Assembly: GCF_947302755.1 (NCBI RefSeq)
Contig: NZ_CAMYWM010000001.1
Coordinates: 625 to 64,624 of the forward strand
Length of the DNA: 64,000 bases
Reading direction: 5' to 3'
Origin: an uncultured Anaerovibrio sp.
Lineage (GTDB): Bacteria; Bacillota; Negativicutes; Selenomonadales; Selenomonadaceae
The stretch's first letter is position 1; every line of letters begins with the position of its first letter. Shown here in pieces: positions 63,348 to 64,000 of this stretch. A program made the translations under genes and the position numbers. The notes under the pieces were generated by a model that did no database searches, had not been told where the DNA came from, and saw only the letters and a program-made list of their open reading frames with translations.

Positions 63348-64000
63348 ATGAGGCTGGATGGTGATAAGGTGATTATCGTCTTTCGTGTGGATGCTTCGAC
63401 GCAAATAGGTACTGGCCACATGATGCGTTGCTTGGCATTGGCGTCTCGTATGAAGAAGAAGTATTCTGCTGATATTATTTTTTTATCAAGGGATTTACCA
63501 GGTAATATAAACGATAGAGTAGAAGCAAATGGCTACAGGTTACTCGTTTTACCACGACGTACACCTAACGAAAAATTGAAAGGCTATGCTGCCTGGTTAA
63601 CGGTTCCACAATCGCAGGATGCTGCAGAATCGATTGAAGTGTTAGGGAATATTGGGCAAATTGATAGGTTGGTAGTGGATAGTTATGCCATAGATGAAAC
63701 ATGGGAGAAGTGTCTACGCCCGTGGGTTGGAGAGATTTTTGTAGTTGATGACTTGGCTAATCGGCGACATGATTGTGATATATTATTGGATCATGGCTTT
63801 TTACCAGGCAAAGAGGAAAGTTATCGAAAACTTGTCCCCGAAGGTTGTCAACTTATGCTTGGGGTTAAATACGCTCTTATAAGAGATGAATTTATATTGG
63901 CGCGTGCCTCTTTGCCTCCTATGAAAAAAAATATTCGAAATATTTTGATATTTTATGGTGGTGCGGATGTTACAAATGAAACGGAAAAAGCTATTGATGC
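63348..64000 (+). CDS. pseG: UDP-2,4-diacetamido-2,4,6-trideoxy-beta-L-altropyranose hydrolase, N-terminal part (3' end outside the window)
   Basis: I translated this frame by hand; it stays open to the window end and is not in the supplied ORF track. Motifs: VIIVFRVDASTQIGTGHMMRCLALA, VVDDLANRRHDCDILLD, GVKYALIRDEF. Confidence 0.75.
   Translation, partial: MRLDGDKVIIVFRVDASTQIGTGHMMRCLALASRMKKKYSADIIFLSRDLPGNINDRVEANGYRLLVLPRRTPNEKLKGYAAWLTVPQSQDAAESIEVLGNIGQIDRLVVDSYAIDETWEKCLRPWVGEIFVVDDLANRRHDCDILLDHGFLPGKEESYRKLVPEGCQLMLGVKYALIRDEFILARASLPPMKKNIRNILIFYGGADVTNETEKAID

Overview
All of the roughly 60 recognisable genes in this 64 kb window lie on the + strand. The window looks like a diderm Firmicute (Negativicutes-like). 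It combines the Bacillus-type housekeeping order secG-est-rnr-smpB with LPS genes: an LptD-like outer-membrane protein, the ADP-heptose pathway and three GT9 heptosyltransferases. This taxonomic placement is an inference.

Layout:
- 1-888: hemL 3' end.
- 1.2-13.9 kb: LPS transport and inner-core locus.
- 14.0-32.7 kb: a visibly AT-richer island for a legionaminic/neuraminic-type nonulosonic acid (NulO). It has a dehydratase, aminotransferase, CBS-nucleotidyltransferase, NeuD/NeuB/NeuC/NeuA homologs and extra redox and transaminase genes. Two paralogous proteins carrying bacterial sialyltransferase motifs bracket it. An MBOAT pair and a decayed GT11 fucosyltransferase remnant end it.
- 32.9-40.2 kb: housekeeping genes pyk, secG, est, rnr, smpB and a divergent pfkA.
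- 40.2-42.1 kb: an AT-rich islet with a short HipA-like kinase followed by a HipS-like/HIRAN fusion, driven by a consensus promoter.
- 42.2-42.6 kb: desulfoferrodoxin.
- 42.7-64.0 kb: a Wzx/Wzy-type polysaccharide locus (WbaP, Wza, Wzz, WecG, Ugd, FdtA/B-like, pyruvyltransferase, ATP-grasp amidoligase, WbsX). It ends in a separately promoted pseudaminic acid operon (pseBCFG, truncated by the window edge).

Two families of hairpin-forming intergenic repeats recur throughout. No rRNA, tRNA, tmRNA, CRISPR array, transposase or integrase was seen. All calls rest on reading motifs by eye; no searches or computations were run.
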